Source: Oculina patagonica
Taxonomy: Eukaryota
Assembly (NCBI RefSeq): GCF_052425735.1
Contig: NC_135766.1
Coordinates: 12,896,001-12,960,000 of the forward strand
Direction of reading: 5' to 3'
DNA length: 64,000 bases
The translations under genes and the position numbers were made by a program. Shown here piece by piece: positions 13,860-25,396 of this stretch (its first letter is position 1; each line of letters starts with the position of its first letter). Under the pieces are notes generated by a model that made no database searches, was not told the origin of the DNA, and was given only the letters and a program-made list of their open reading frames with translations.

Positions 13860-16800
13860 CAGGTAGTCCCTCAGATATCCTGGTCTGACCCTTTTCCGCA
13901 CAGGGCGTGTCCTTAGAGGACTTGACTCGAAGGGTGTCTGGGTAGGTGTTGCTGGTGTTGCCGGTGGAGCCTTAGGAACATAAGTCGGATGGCTTACAAC
14001 AGGGTCAGGTGATGTTACATGAACATCTGGCAAGGCTATCGGCGTCACGCTGGGTGTGTCGCCTGCAACTGGCTCTTCCACAACCTCATTCTCACGGCGT
14101 CGAACATGGTCCTGATGCCGCCGAATGACAGTTTCGTCGTCTAGCTGGACACGAGTTGACACCGGACCGGTTTTTATCCACTATGGTTCCTGACATCCAA
14201 GTGTTCTTGTGCCGGAAATCTTTAGCATACACAGCTTGACCTTCTACTACATCCCGTTCCTTGGCATGGTAATCGTGTGCGGTCTTCTGTTGAGACTGTT
14301 TATCTCGCCCTTTGTTTGCTACGCTTGGAGTCAGGCGATTAAGCTGTGGGTAGCTTCCGTCGCATGAGTAACTCAGCAGGTGGAACTCCTGTCGTGCTAT
14401 GCTGTGTGTTCCTGTAGCTGAGGAGAAAGCGTGATAGTTTGTCTGGACGCTGCCCTCCTCCATCTTCTCATAGCCTTCCTTAAAGATTCGCACAGCCCGC
14501 TCCGCCAAGCCATTTGAGGCAGGGTGAAACGGTGACACCTTGATGTGCTTAATTCTATTATTCTTCATAAACTCCTGGAATTCTGAGCTGGCAACATTGC
14601 TGCCATTGTCGCTAACCAGTGTTGCTGGTAGGCAAAAATCTCTCTGAGTTTCTCGATGGTGGCGCTGGACGTGGTGGACCTAACCTGAAATCATACCCTC
14701 CCTCCCTACTACTGCTGCGGGGGAAGGAGGGCATGATACATTTGCTTGTCGAAAGTCATGTAAAAAAAAAGATTCTGGTTTTTTGTCTGATTGGTCGAGA
14801 AACAATACTCAATGGAGCGGTGTGGACTGATTGATTGTCGTATTTCAACGAGACTTCCGGTCAGAAGCTGGTAATGGCAAAGACGAGTCACGTTTACTGC
14901 GAGGACGAGTTCTTTTCTACGTTACTGTGAAGCCCTAACAGATTTCAAGTGTAACTCTCTGAAGGCAGAACAAATAGAGTGAGCGACAATGCGTAATAAT
15001 TTTGGTTCCGTGAAGATGTTTTTGTTGTTCTTCGAAAACAATATTCAAGAGATGTTGGAATGTTACAAAAGCGACCGATCCTATCTGCCGTAAAACAGCT
15101 CTTGTCGGTGAATTCCTTTGTGTGTGTGTGTAAGCTGAAATAAAGGGACGGCATCCAGTACAACTGATAAATATATGTTCGCAAGCGCCATCTCACCTTG
15201 CTACTAAAAGCATTTTTATCTTAACACGGCGAAGTTTAAATACAGGCTGTACATATGTACAATTTTTCTCCAGACGTTTTCACGCCTTGTGGAAATCCGA
15301 GTCTCGAATTTGCCGCTTACTACAAAGAGTGGTTTGACAGTTCGACGACACATCAGTTTATTTAAATTAGGGGGCGGCTCGCGGCCGGTTAAATAAATGT
15401 ATCAGGCGTTCTTTTTTCCTCTCGCTTTCGTAAAAAGAAAAAAGAACGCCTGATCGCAGGTTATGTTGGACCTCATACGATGCACTTCCAACCACTTTGA
15501 GTATGCATCTACAACCACATTTCTCCTTTGTAAGGCCCTGCATAGTCAATGTGAATCCTTGACCATGGAAGTCCCGGCCACTCTCAGGGGTGCAACGGCA
15601 CTCTGCTGGTGCACTCCGATTTAATTGACATTTGTCGCAGATTTTCACTTTCTTGACGTAGCTTTTGCTAGGGCTTTCATGCGAGATTCACCAGGGTGGG
15701 CCTCGTGCAGTTCAGTGAGCACCTTTGATCTTTCCTGCGGTGGTACAATCATTCTGGCTCCCCAAAGTACACAACCATCTTCTACGCTCAATTCGGTCCG
15801 CTTGGTGAAGTAAGGGTTTAGCTCTTCAGAACTGTTCTTAGTCGGCCATCCTTCCAAAATGAAATTAAGCACTTGTGAGAGGATTGGATCCCTCTTGGTC
15901 CACTCTTTGATGTGACCACTGTGTACAGGTGTGCCTTCCAAATTTTCCATTAACAAGATGGTTTCACCTGGTACTGGAACTGAATCAGGCATCTCAGGCA
16001 AGGGTAGCCTACTTAGGCCATCTGCATTGCCATTGGTCTGGCCGGCCTTGTATGATATGTTATACTCGTAAGCAGACAAGGTAAGTGCCCATCGCTGGAT
16101 TCGCGGTGATGCAAGGGCAGAAATCCCTTTCTTCTCATTCAAGGGTTTATGATCGGTCTTGATGGTGAATGGGTGTCCATAAAGGAACTGATTGAACTTC
16201 TTGACGCCAAACAAGGGTTGAGTAGTTCCTTCCAGCTGCATTTAGGGATCTGGACATGTATCCGATTTGTCGTCCAGCTCCACCTTCCACCTTGTGGAAT
16301 AGGACTGCTCCCACTCCTTAATCGGACGCATCGGTGGCAAGGATAAATTCCTTTGAGGGGTCAAAATGGACTAGCAACTTGGCTGATTGCAACAGTTCCT
16401 TAGCTTTCTTAAATGCCTCTTGCAGTTCTTTTAGCCACTGCCATTTTGATCCTTTCTTAAGAGCTGGTGTAGAGGCTCCAGGACGGTTGCTACATCAGGC
16501 AAGAATCGATGGTAATAGTTGAGCATGCCCAGAAAAGCTCGCAACTGACTGACGTCCTTTGGCTCTGGTGCATTCTTTATTGCATCAACCTTCGCTGCCA
16601 CAGGTTGGATGCCATCACCATTGATTACATACCCACAGTATGTGACTTGTGGCTGCATTAACAGACATTTTGCCAGGCGTAGCCTTAATCCTGCATCGGA
16701 GAGCCTGCTAAGCACTGCTTCTAGGTTGGCTAGATGATCTGTGTCATTCTTTCCACTGAGTAAGATATCATCAACTCGCACTACAACATGGGGAATGCCT

Positions 16801-18547
16801 TGTAGTAAGTTCTCCATTGTATCCTGGAAAATTCCGGGCGCTGAAGAAACCCCAAAGGGAAGTCTATTGTATTGATAGAGTCCCTTATGAGTATTGATTG
16901 TAGTAAATTTCCTTAACTGTTGGTATGCCTGTGACATATCCAATTTGGTGAATTAGTTTCCTCCGCCAAGTGTGGCAAGCAGATCCTCAGTCTTGGGGAT
17001 CGGGTAATTCTCTACCTTGGAGACTTGGTTGACGGTCCACTTATAGTCACCACAAATACGCAATGATCCGTTTGTTTCACCACTGGAACAATGGGTGCTG
17101 CCCATTCCGTGAATTCTACTGGAGATATTATGCCCTCACTTTCTAATCGATCCAGTTCCTGTTCAACTTTTGCTTTCAGGGCATAAAGTACTGGACGAGC
17201 TTTCATGAACTTGGGTGTGGCCCCTGGGTCAACATAGATTTTGGCTTCGGTGCCCTTCAGTGTACCAAGTCCTTCGCCAAAAACATTCTTGTGTGCTTCT
17301 AGGATCCTCTGTAGCTGAGGGTTAATCTCCTGTATGTTAAAGATACTGTTCCAATTAAACTTAATCACTTGAAGTCAGTCCCTTCCAAGAAGGTTTGTAC
17401 CAGGACACTTCACTACCATGGCTGGCAAATCATGCTGTTGATTTTGGTACTTAACAGGAATCAGCACCTCTCCTAACACTGGTATTTTCTCTCCTCTATA
17501 CGTGCTCAATATGGCCTTGGAACTCTTTAACTCTACTTTGTCACCTAACTTGCTGTATGTTTGTTCATTTAGCACAGTTCTGGTAGAACCAGTGTCAATT
17601 TCGAAATTGTGCGGTTCACCACAAAGTTCGACACTTACTGCAAACGCCTTTGCTCTCCTTCCGTCCCGAATGTGATACATGGTTGCTGCATAAACATCTT
17701 CTTCCCCGGAAAATTCGTCCACTAAATGCGTAGACTGCTTCTGGTTCCCTTTTGTTTGCCCACTGTCTCGTGAGGGTGGTTTAGTTTTCCGTGTTCTGGA
17801 ATCGGTTCCTTTACTCGGCGTTTTCTTGTAATTTTTCTTGCCATAACAAACTTTGGACAGGTGCCCTTTTCTCCAACATTTAAAACACTGAGCATCTTTG
17901 AATCGACAGGCTGAAGCTTCGTGTTTCTCTCCACAACGGTAACACTCAGGATCTGCACGACGATCTTTGTTATTCTTGTCACAAGCGCCAACTTGATGTA
18001 CCTCGCTGGGGGTCGTTTCGGACTGGATGTCAACCACGTGCTTCGCTGCCAACCCTTCTCCGAGAGTGATTTCCTCGGCCTTTTTCAGAGTTAACTCCCG
18101 TTCTGCCAGTAATTTCCGCTTTATTTTCTTGTCATTAATCCCACAGGCTAATCGGTCTCTCAGCATTTCCGGCAAAGTCTCCCCGAAATTGCAATGTTCG
18201 GTAAGCTTACGTAACTCCGCCACATTCGCTGCAACTCCTTCGCCTTCGTTTCGATTTCGGCTGTAAAATTTGAAACGCTCCACTTTTTTACTCGGCTTGG
18301 GCGAAAATTGCTTTTCCAATGTATCGACAATCTTCTTAAAAGTTGTCTCCGCTGGTTTTGCTGCTTGGAGTAAATCCCGCAGAAGTGCGTATGTTTTGCT
18401 CCCGCAAACGCTGAGTAAGATCGCTCGTTGTTTCCCCGCGTCACGTTCTACATCGTTTGCCAAAAAATACTGTTCGAATCGTTCAATATACTGGGTCCAT
18501 GACTGATCCGATTCTCTGAATTCGCCTATCTAACCGTAGGTCGCCAT
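13860..18547 (-). pseudogene. Fragmented gag-pol: zinc knuckles, protease, RT, RNase H, integrase
   Basis: ORF pieces include CYRCGEKHEASAC, IDTGS, LPFGVSSAPGIFQ...VDDIL, TDHKPL, LHEAHPG and PFHPASNGLAERAV. There are many frameshifts and stops, including a TAG four codons after the ATG at 18547. Confidence 0.93.
14681..15463. mobile_element. AcademH-like non-autonomous element inside the integrase region
   Basis: Termini TAACCTG...CAGGTTA. 9-bp TSD TGGTGGACC/TGTTGGACC with 1 mismatch. Each end carries its own subterminal hairpin. Confidence 0.7.
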
Positions 18548-19419
18548 TCCTACTCGAATCTAGATGGAGTTTTCCCCGTCGCCAAAATGTAATAACCATG
18601 CAGCCATGAATGGATTGAACACACTGATTTTAATATTCGACACGAACTCGCATTACAAATCACGTGATCAATGTCACGCAACAGATCTAAATCACAACAC
18701 CAGCACAGGGGTAGAGGTAGCGAGCGACACAACCTTAAAATTATACTGGCAACACAACACATTGGAATTCTTTGTTAACGCCTTGCCTTAATTATTACAG
18801 TCAAAATACTCAACGGATTGCATTATTCATTTCAAAAATTCAAATTTAATTTGAATATTGTAAATCATCCAACCGTAAACACGTGAACAGGTGAACATGT
18901 CAAAAATTACCCAATTTGATTGGTTAATTTTTGACAGGTTTACGTGCTAAAAGGATGTTGGCTTCCTTTAATAACTAAGGAGTTAACAATTCTAGGAAGC
19001 CAAATAACATAGAATAAATTACAATAATTATTAGGGTCAGAAAAACAAAACAAAAAATACAACCCAAACATGCACTCATCTCTAACTGAAAAGGGAAAAA
19101 AATACAAATCAAGGGGGAAAGAACTAAAATTATACTAGGAATGAAGTCTTAAATAAGATGAATGAATAAAGCTAAAAAGCAGCAAATAAATCATTGAAAA
19201 AGCAAAAGCAAACAAATATTTGTACAAAAATTCTTGTTTTTTAATTTTCTTAGAGGTTGACTTTCTATCTTTCTCAAGGGAGTTTCATTCCTTTTTTCCT
19301 TGAATGAAAATATTAAAAATTCCATAATAATTATTAGTTCTAGCACGGGGCAAATATTAATAATATTGATTTGCTGCACTTTGTGTATTGTAGTTATCGT
19401 AATGTTAAGGACTGAATAA

Positions 19420-19830
19420 AAAAAGGATGAAAATAGGAAGACAGTGACTTGTTATGGAATTTAAATAAAAAAAAGTGCAATATGTAATGTAACAAGATCA
19501 GAGAGCTTAACGATTGCTACTAATCTAAACAGAGGAGTTGAATGTTCATCAAATGAAGAAAAAGTCATGATTCGAACTGGGTTTTTTCTGTAAAATATTG
19601 TAGTTGGGTATGTATTACCACAGATAGTAAGTTAGAAATGGGTAGATTAAATAATAGTTTGAGATTAGTATTAAGAATATCAATATTAGCATAATGGCGA
19701 AGCTTAGACAATATTCCTATATTTCTTTTAGTTTTCTTTGCAATACATGCGATTTGAGGTTTCCAGGATTAAAATTTGTCATCTTTATCAATTAAAATTC
19801 CTAGGTATTTGATATAGGAGTCCCGGGTGT
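19420..19830 (-). pseudogene. Decayed CR1/L2-group LINE ORF2 3' fragment
   Basis: The minus strand gives frameshifted pieces KYLGILID, WKPQI, RNIGILSKLRHY, GNTYPT and VRIMTFSSFDEHSTPLF. Confidence 0.7.
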
Positions 19831-20329
19831 TGCAACTGTTTCCCATTTTAATGTTAGGTGGCCATAAAAGAATGACTGTTTTAACCAAAACCAAAACCAT
19901 ATTATTAAAAAAATATAATAATAGTGATTCAATTTATGGCATGTGATAATCCTGAGTCAGAGTGTTGTAATCATCTGTACAGGTGCCAATTTGTTGAACC
20001 TGAGGATCAGGATGTGAGTTATCATGTGTAAAGTTAACAGGTACATTGTGAACATTGTTAAAACCCAATGAAATTAATATATTATTTTATATTTTTGTCA
20101 TTTTGGTGTTCTGGGGAATTTGGAATGTTCTAGGTTGCACTGCCCCCCTATTATTATTCTATCAGATGATTAATTACCCTGCAAGCAGCAAACTCAGACT
20201 ACGGTCAATATAATACCTTAAATTGTTGTTATAGGTGGGAGGCTGGGATGAAGGTCATTGTGAGGTTTAGTGTGCCTGTAGTTCTGTTCTTCACAACTAT
20301 TACAAAATTATTCAGGTGTCTGGAAAACC

Positions 20330-20550
20330 CGAATAGCGAATAGCGAATAGTCGCGAATAGCAAATAGTACGAATAGTGCGAATAGTAGTGAATAGTGACG
20401 AATAGTCGCGAATAGTCACGAATATAGTCGCGAATAGTGACGAATAGTCGCGAATAGTCACGAATAGTCGCGAATAGTCACGAATAGTGCCGAATAGTCG
20501 CAAATAGGGACGAATATCCGCGGTTAGTGACGAATAGTCATAAATAGTCG
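20330..20550. repeat. Degenerate 10-bp minisatellite (GAATAGTCGC)n
   Basis: About 20 imperfect tandem units are visible. Confidence 0.9.
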
Positions 20551-20967
20551 CCGTCGATAAGCCTAGGAGGGTTTCCACAAAAGTTACCGCCACATGCACA
20601 GAGCAATCTAGAAGATCAAGCAAATTGTTTATCACATGCTTGTCCGCTTACTCTAAAACTGAGAGAGTGCAAGTCAAGGTGTAACTATACGAATCACTTT
20701 CACTGAATGAAGCCTATATCTCAATGTTTTCTCGATGTTTTCAGTGCTGAATAAATGGCCCAGGTGTCTCTTTAGGTGTTCCCCAACCACAGTAATGGAC
20801 ATTTCTCCTGTACATCTGTTGAGCCTGACGTTGAAAGGCCTCTATCAGTTTTGACAATTAAGTCTCTGGCCATTCCTTTGACACATTAATAATACTGGCC
20901 ACTTATTGAACACTGAAAACACAGCCACAAAGTTATAATTACAAGAAGGAACTGACAACAATCTTAC

Positions 20968-23900
20968 TGTTGTGTCTCGCGGAATTGAATAAGTCAAACT
21001 GGTACAACACAACAAGGTTTAATCAAACATGGCGGCTCAATTCAACAACAGGCGCACATGGCATGCGTGCGCATAATAGTAACAAAACCGCAGACCATCA
21101 TGTGCGGCATAGCATTCCTCCCCCCTTAAATCACAATCCATTAATAACGGACAAGTTCAGTTCAGTTACAAGTTCAGTCTCTCTGGTGGCTTCCGTAGCC
21201 GAAGGGGATAACGTCTACATGGTGGTGTTGCCGGACTGCTAACCATGGTTTCGCTTTGACTGCTGAGAGGGCTGTCAGGGGTGTTGTCCACATGTGTATC
21301 TTTGGTCAATGGTTCGTCGATGCCAGTCATAGTGGGAGCCTGTAATTCTTCATTCTCCACACTGCTTGCTGATTGTGGTGTTGCTGTCAACACTGCTGGG
21401 TTTAGTTGCGGTGTGTACTGTTCCTTGTTAAAGGTTGGAGTCACTGCAGACTCTCTGAGCTGATCAACATGTCGTCGCCATACTGTATTGGGTGCGACCC
21501 TGACTTCATAGGACAAGGGTCCCGAGTGAGCTGTGATGATACCCGGAACCCACTTGCTTCCAGCTCGGTAGTTTCGGGCAACGACAGCTTGGCCTACCTC
21601 TAGCTTTCTGGTAGGGCTGTGACTTGACCGTAACTCTTGATCTTGCTGTTTGTCTTCCACTCGCTTCCGTAAGTTAGGCTTCAGTATATCAAGCCTTGTC
21701 CTGATGTTTCTCCCCATGAGGAGCACAGCTGGCGTCTCTCCAGTCAAGGAATGTGGGGTTGATCTGTAGGCCAGCAAAAAGTTTGCCAGCTTCCAAGAGA
21801 TAGATTTCTTTTCCGTCAGCGCTGCGCGGAGAGCTTGCTTGAATGTCTGTACAAAACGTTCAGCCATTCCATTTGTGGCTGGGTGGTACGGAGCTGACTT
21901 AATGTGCTTAATACCATTACTTCTCATGAATGCTTCGAATTCATCTGCTATGAATTGAGGTCCATTATCACTTACAAGCTGCTCTGGCAAGCCGTGTGTG
22001 GCGAAGAGCTTTCTTAGTTCCTCAATTGTTCTGCTGGCAGTTGTAGTAGTCATCGGTATCACTTCGGGCCATTTAGAATGTGCATCTACAGCAATCAGAA
22101 ACATAGTTCCTAAAAATGGGCCAGCAAAGTCAACGTGGATGCGTTGCCATGGGCGTGCTGGCCACTCCCATGAGTGCAGCGGAGCGGTCTTAGGGTTGTT
22201 CTGGGTAAGTTGACAGCCAGTGCACCCTTTTGCTACTTCTTCAATTGCTTTGTCCATCCCTGGCCACCACATGTAGCTCCTGGCCAAGGCCTTCATCTTA
22301 ACAATTCCAAGGTGGCCTTCATGGAGTTCAGCTAACAGTTGTGCCTGGTACTTGGGTGGGATTATTACTCGTGAACCCCACATAAGGCAGCCATCCTGTA
22401 TGGTGAGTTCATCTTTCCTCCTCTGAAATGGCTCCAGATCCTTCTCACTAACGGTTGGCCACCCTTGCTTTGTGTTTTCCACCACACGTGACAAAACCGG
22501 ATCTCTCTGAGTTGCTTGACGGATCATATCTGCATTGACTGGCAGCACTTCTATCTGTGATACTTGAAAAATCTCCACTGGGTCATCTACTTCCTTGTCG
22601 CAGACTTTCTTTAAAGGTAGGCGTGACAATCCATCCGCGTTTCCATGTTGGGTTGTGTTCTTGTACTCAATACTGTACTCAAACCCTGCTAGAAACAACG
22701 CATAACGTTGCAAGCGAGCAACTGTCATTGCTGGTATTCCTTTCTTGGGATTAAAAATTGAGGTCAGGGGCTCATGATCTGTCACGAGTGTGAAATGACG
22801 ACCAAACAGGTAAAGGTGGAATTTCTTCACTCCCCAAACCAAGGCTAAGGCTTCTTTATCAATTTGGGAGTAATTTCTTTCTGCTTTGGTTAGGGTACGT
22901 GATGCGAAGGCTATGGGTCGCTCTGAGCCATCCTCCATGATGTGCGATAAAACTGCCCCGATTCCGACTGGTGAGGCGTCACAGGCTAGTCTCAAAGGCC
23001 TTCCTGGATCATAATGGGTGAGTACCATATCTGATGTGATTAGCTTCTTTACTGAGTGGAAGGCCTCCTCGCACTCTGTAGTCCACTTCCATCGTTTTGC
23101 TTGCTCCAAGAGCCCGTTAAGGGGATTGAGTGTGGTGGCAAGGTTTGGCAAGAACTTGTGGTAATAGTTTACTAGGCCTAAGAATGAACGGAGTTGCTGG
23201 ACATTCTCTGGTCTTGGGGCGTTAACAACTGCATTAATTTTATCTTGGGTCTTGTGTAATCCATGCCGGTCTACTTCATGCCCACAGTAAGTGATCTTCG
23301 TCTGGAAAAACTCGCACTTCTCGCGGTTTGCTCGTAGGCCATTTGCTTGTAGCCTCTTCAGTACTTCCTCCAGATTGTCGAGGTGCTCTTTGTCATCTTT
23401 TCCTGTGATAATCATGTCGTCTAGGATGCAACTAGTTCCTTCGACCCCTTCTAAGATTTGATCCATGGATCTCTGCCAAATTGCTGGGGCTGAGGTGATC
23501 CCGAATACTAGGCGGTTGTATCGGTACAACCCCTGATGGGTGTTAATCGTCAAGTACTCTCGTGACGCTTCCTCCACTTCCATCTGATGGTAGGCCTGTC
23601 TGAGGTCAATCTTGGTGAACTTCTGTCCTCCTGCCAGCTTAGCGAATATGTCATCGATGCGTGGAAGTGGGTACTCCTCTGTCTGAAGCTGGGGGTTAAC
23701 TGTGGTCTTATAGTCGCCACAAATTCGAACTGTGCCGTTTGACTTGGCAACTGGCACAATAGGCGTCGCCCAGTCGCTGAATTTCACCTTGTGCAGTATG
23801 CCTTCTCTTTCTAGACGTTTCAGCTCCACCTCGACCTTAGGTTTCATGGCGTATGGGACAGGCCTTGCTTTACAAAACTTTGGTTGACTGCCTTCCTTCA

Positions 23901-25396
23901 ATGTGAGTTTCGCCTTGGCTGACTTGAGTGTGCCGATCTCATCCTTAAACACTTCACTGTAGTCGTCTAGGAGTCTCTCTAACTTCTTTTGGGTGTCTTG
24001 TGTCGGCTGTTCTTTTGAAATAGCACAGATCCTTTTCCAATCGAGTTGTATCTGGTGTAGCCAATCTCTTCCAAACAACGCCGGCCCTTGTGTCTTCACT
24101 ACATACAATGTTAAGTCCTTGACTTGGTTGTTGTGTTCCACACGAACAAGTAGTTTGCCTTCTGGTGTTATCTTCTCTCCTGAGTAGGTCTTCAAAATAG
24201 CGGTAGTGTCAACCAGCGGTGTGTCTGGGAAGGATTCCTTGTACGTCTCCAAGGGGAGTGTAGATATCGCTGAACCTGTGTCTAGTTCCATCTTCAGTGT
24301 GTGGCCATTAACTTTTGGCGTCACCCAAATGACGTCACCAAATACCCCATGGTTAACATTGTTGACTTCTAGGGATGCCACCAAGCTATCATCACGCTCA
24401 TCATCTACCTCGAACGAGTGAAGATTGGGGTTCTCGTCCTTTCGTCTTCGGGTAGGGTTCTGACTCTTTCCCGAGCGGCATACTCTTTGGATATGACCCA
24501 GCTTCCCACACTTTCGGCACGTTTCATTCCTGAAGTAACACTCGGCTGATTCGTGTGTACTACCCCCACATCGATAACAATGAGATTTTGATTTGACATC
24601 ATCTTTCCCTTTTGGAACTCTTTCGGTATCCTTGTTTATTTTGTTGACTTCAGACACTTTGTTAATGTTACCCTGCAATTCTTGTGTGTCTTTCGCTGCC
24701 GCTTCCATTGCTAAGGCAATTTCTGACGCTTTGGCCAATGACAAATCTGGCTCGGAGAGCAGCCTTTTCTGGATAAGTTCATTGTGTAGTCCACACACTA
24801 GTCTATCTCTTAACGCGTCATTTAAGTTAGTTCCGAACTCACAATACAGCGACAATTTCTTTAATTCAGCAAGGTAAGTACTTACGGTTTCACCTTCGAG
24901 TTGGTTCCTTTTGTGAAAGCGGAATCGCTCTGCTATAAGCAGTGGTTTCGGTGACAGATGCTTCTGTAGTGTTTCTACGATAGTCTTGAAAGACAGGCTG
25001 GATGGCTTGGCTGGGGCGGCCAAATTGCGTAGTAATCCATACGTTTTGTTTCCCATTAAGCTTAGCATTACGGCCACTTGCTTTTCTTCCTTGATTTCGT
25101 TGGCGATGAAGTATTGCTCTATACGTTCCACATAGGCGTTCCAATCGTCGTTCGTTTCGTCAAACGCTTCAATTTTTCCAATCGGCATAGTGGCGAAAGC
25201 TCGAACTTTCTCTGGTTGCTGCGTTGGGTCTAAATCCTCGTCGCCAATCTGTTGTGTCTCGCGGAATTGAATAAGTCAAACTGGTACAACACAACAAGGT
25301 TTAATCAAACATGGCGGCTCAATTCAACAACAGGCGCACATGGCATGCGTGCGCATAATAGTAACAAAACCGCAGACCATCATGTGCGGCATAGCA
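20968..25396 (-). mobile_element. Intact Ty3/gypsy (Mag-like) LTR retrotransposon
   Basis: Identical 147-bp LTRs (25250-25396 and 20968-21114) with TG...CA ends. TSD CTTAC. PBS TGGCGACGAGGAT is complementary to a tRNA-Ser(GCU) 3' end. PPT AAGGGGGAGGAA. Confidence 0.98.
21166..25188 (-). CDS. Single-ORF Gag-Pol polyprotein, 1340 aa
   Basis: Two CCHC knuckles, LDTGS protease, RT (LVFGITSAP, ILDD), RNase H (CDAS...EALA...TDH) and an HHCC plus DDE integrase, in gypsy domain order. Confidence 0.97.
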   Translation of the reverse strand: MPIGKIEAFDETNDDWNAYVERIEQYFIANEIKEEKQVAVMLSLMGNKTYGLLRNLAAPAKPSSLSFKTIVETLQKHLSPKPLLIAERFRFHKRNQLEGETVSTYLAELKKLSLYCEFGTNLNDALRDRLVCGLHNELIQKRLLSEPDLSLAKASEIALAMEAAAKDTQELQGNINKVSEVNKINKDTERVPKGKDDVKSKSHCYRCGGSTHESAECYFRNETCRKCGKLGHIQRVCRSGKSQNPTRRRKDENPNLHSFEVDDERDDSLVASLEVNNVNHGVFGDVIWVTPKVNGHTLKMELDTGSAISTLPLETYKESFPDTPLVDTTAILKTYSGEKITPEGKLLVRVEHNNQVKDLTLYVVKTQGPALFGRDWLHQIQLDWKRICAISKEQPTQDTQKKLERLLDDYSEVFKDEIGTLKSAKAKLTLKEGSQPKFCKARPVPYAMKPKVEVELKRLEREGILHKVKFSDWATPIVPVAKSNGTVRICGDYKTTVNPQLQTEEYPLPRIDDIFAKLAGGQKFTKIDLRQAYHQMEVEEASREYLTINTHQGLYRYNRLVFGITSAPAIWQRSMDQILEGVEGTSCILDDMIITGKDDKEHLDNLEEVLKRLQANGLRANREKCEFFQTKITYCGHEVDRHGLHKTQDKINAVVNAPRPENVQQLRSFLGLVNYYHKFLPNLATTLNPLNGLLEQAKRWKWTTECEEAFHSVKKLITSDMVLTHYDPGRPLRLACDASPVGIGAVLSHIMEDGSERPIAFASRTLTKAERNYSQIDKEALALVWGVKKFHLYLFGRHFTLVTDHEPLTSIFNPKKGIPAMTVARLQRYALFLAGFEYSIEYKNTTQHGNADGLSRLPLKKVCDKEVDDPVEIFQVSQIEVLPVNADMIRQATQRDPVLSRVVENTKQGWPTVSEKDLEPFQRRKDELTIQDGCLMWGSRVIIPPKYQAQLLAELHEGHLGIVKMKALARSYMWWPGMDKAIEEVAKGCTGCQLTQNNPKTAPLHSWEWPARPWQRIHVDFAGPFLGTMFLIAVDAHSKWPEVIPMTTTTASRTIEELRKLFATHGLPEQLVSDNGPQFIADEFEAFMRSNGIKHIKSAPYHPATNGMAERFVQTFKQALRAALTEKKSISWKLANFLLAYRSTPHSLTGETPAVLLMGRNIRTRLDILKPNLRKRVEDKQQDQELRSSHSPTRKLEVGQAVVARNYRAGSKWVPGIITAHSGPLSYEVRVAPNTVWRRHVDQLRESAVTPTFNKEQYTPQLNPAVLTATPQSASSVENEELQAPTMTGIDEPLTKDTHVDNTPDSPLSSQSETMVSSPATPPCRRYPLRLRKPPERLNL

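Larger units (their letters stand above)
12088..18699 (-). mobile_element. Degenerate Ty3/gypsy (Mag-like) LTR retrotransposon
   Basis: LTRs TG...CA at 18588-18699 and 12088-12188 are diverged. The TSD CCAGC is at 12083-12087 and 18700-18704. PBS TGGCGACGGGGA, PPT at 12189-12200. Confidence 0.93.

Noticed and set aside
20312-20635. 107-aa ORF with TIRDYS repeats
   Set aside because: It is a translation of the 10-bp minisatellite.
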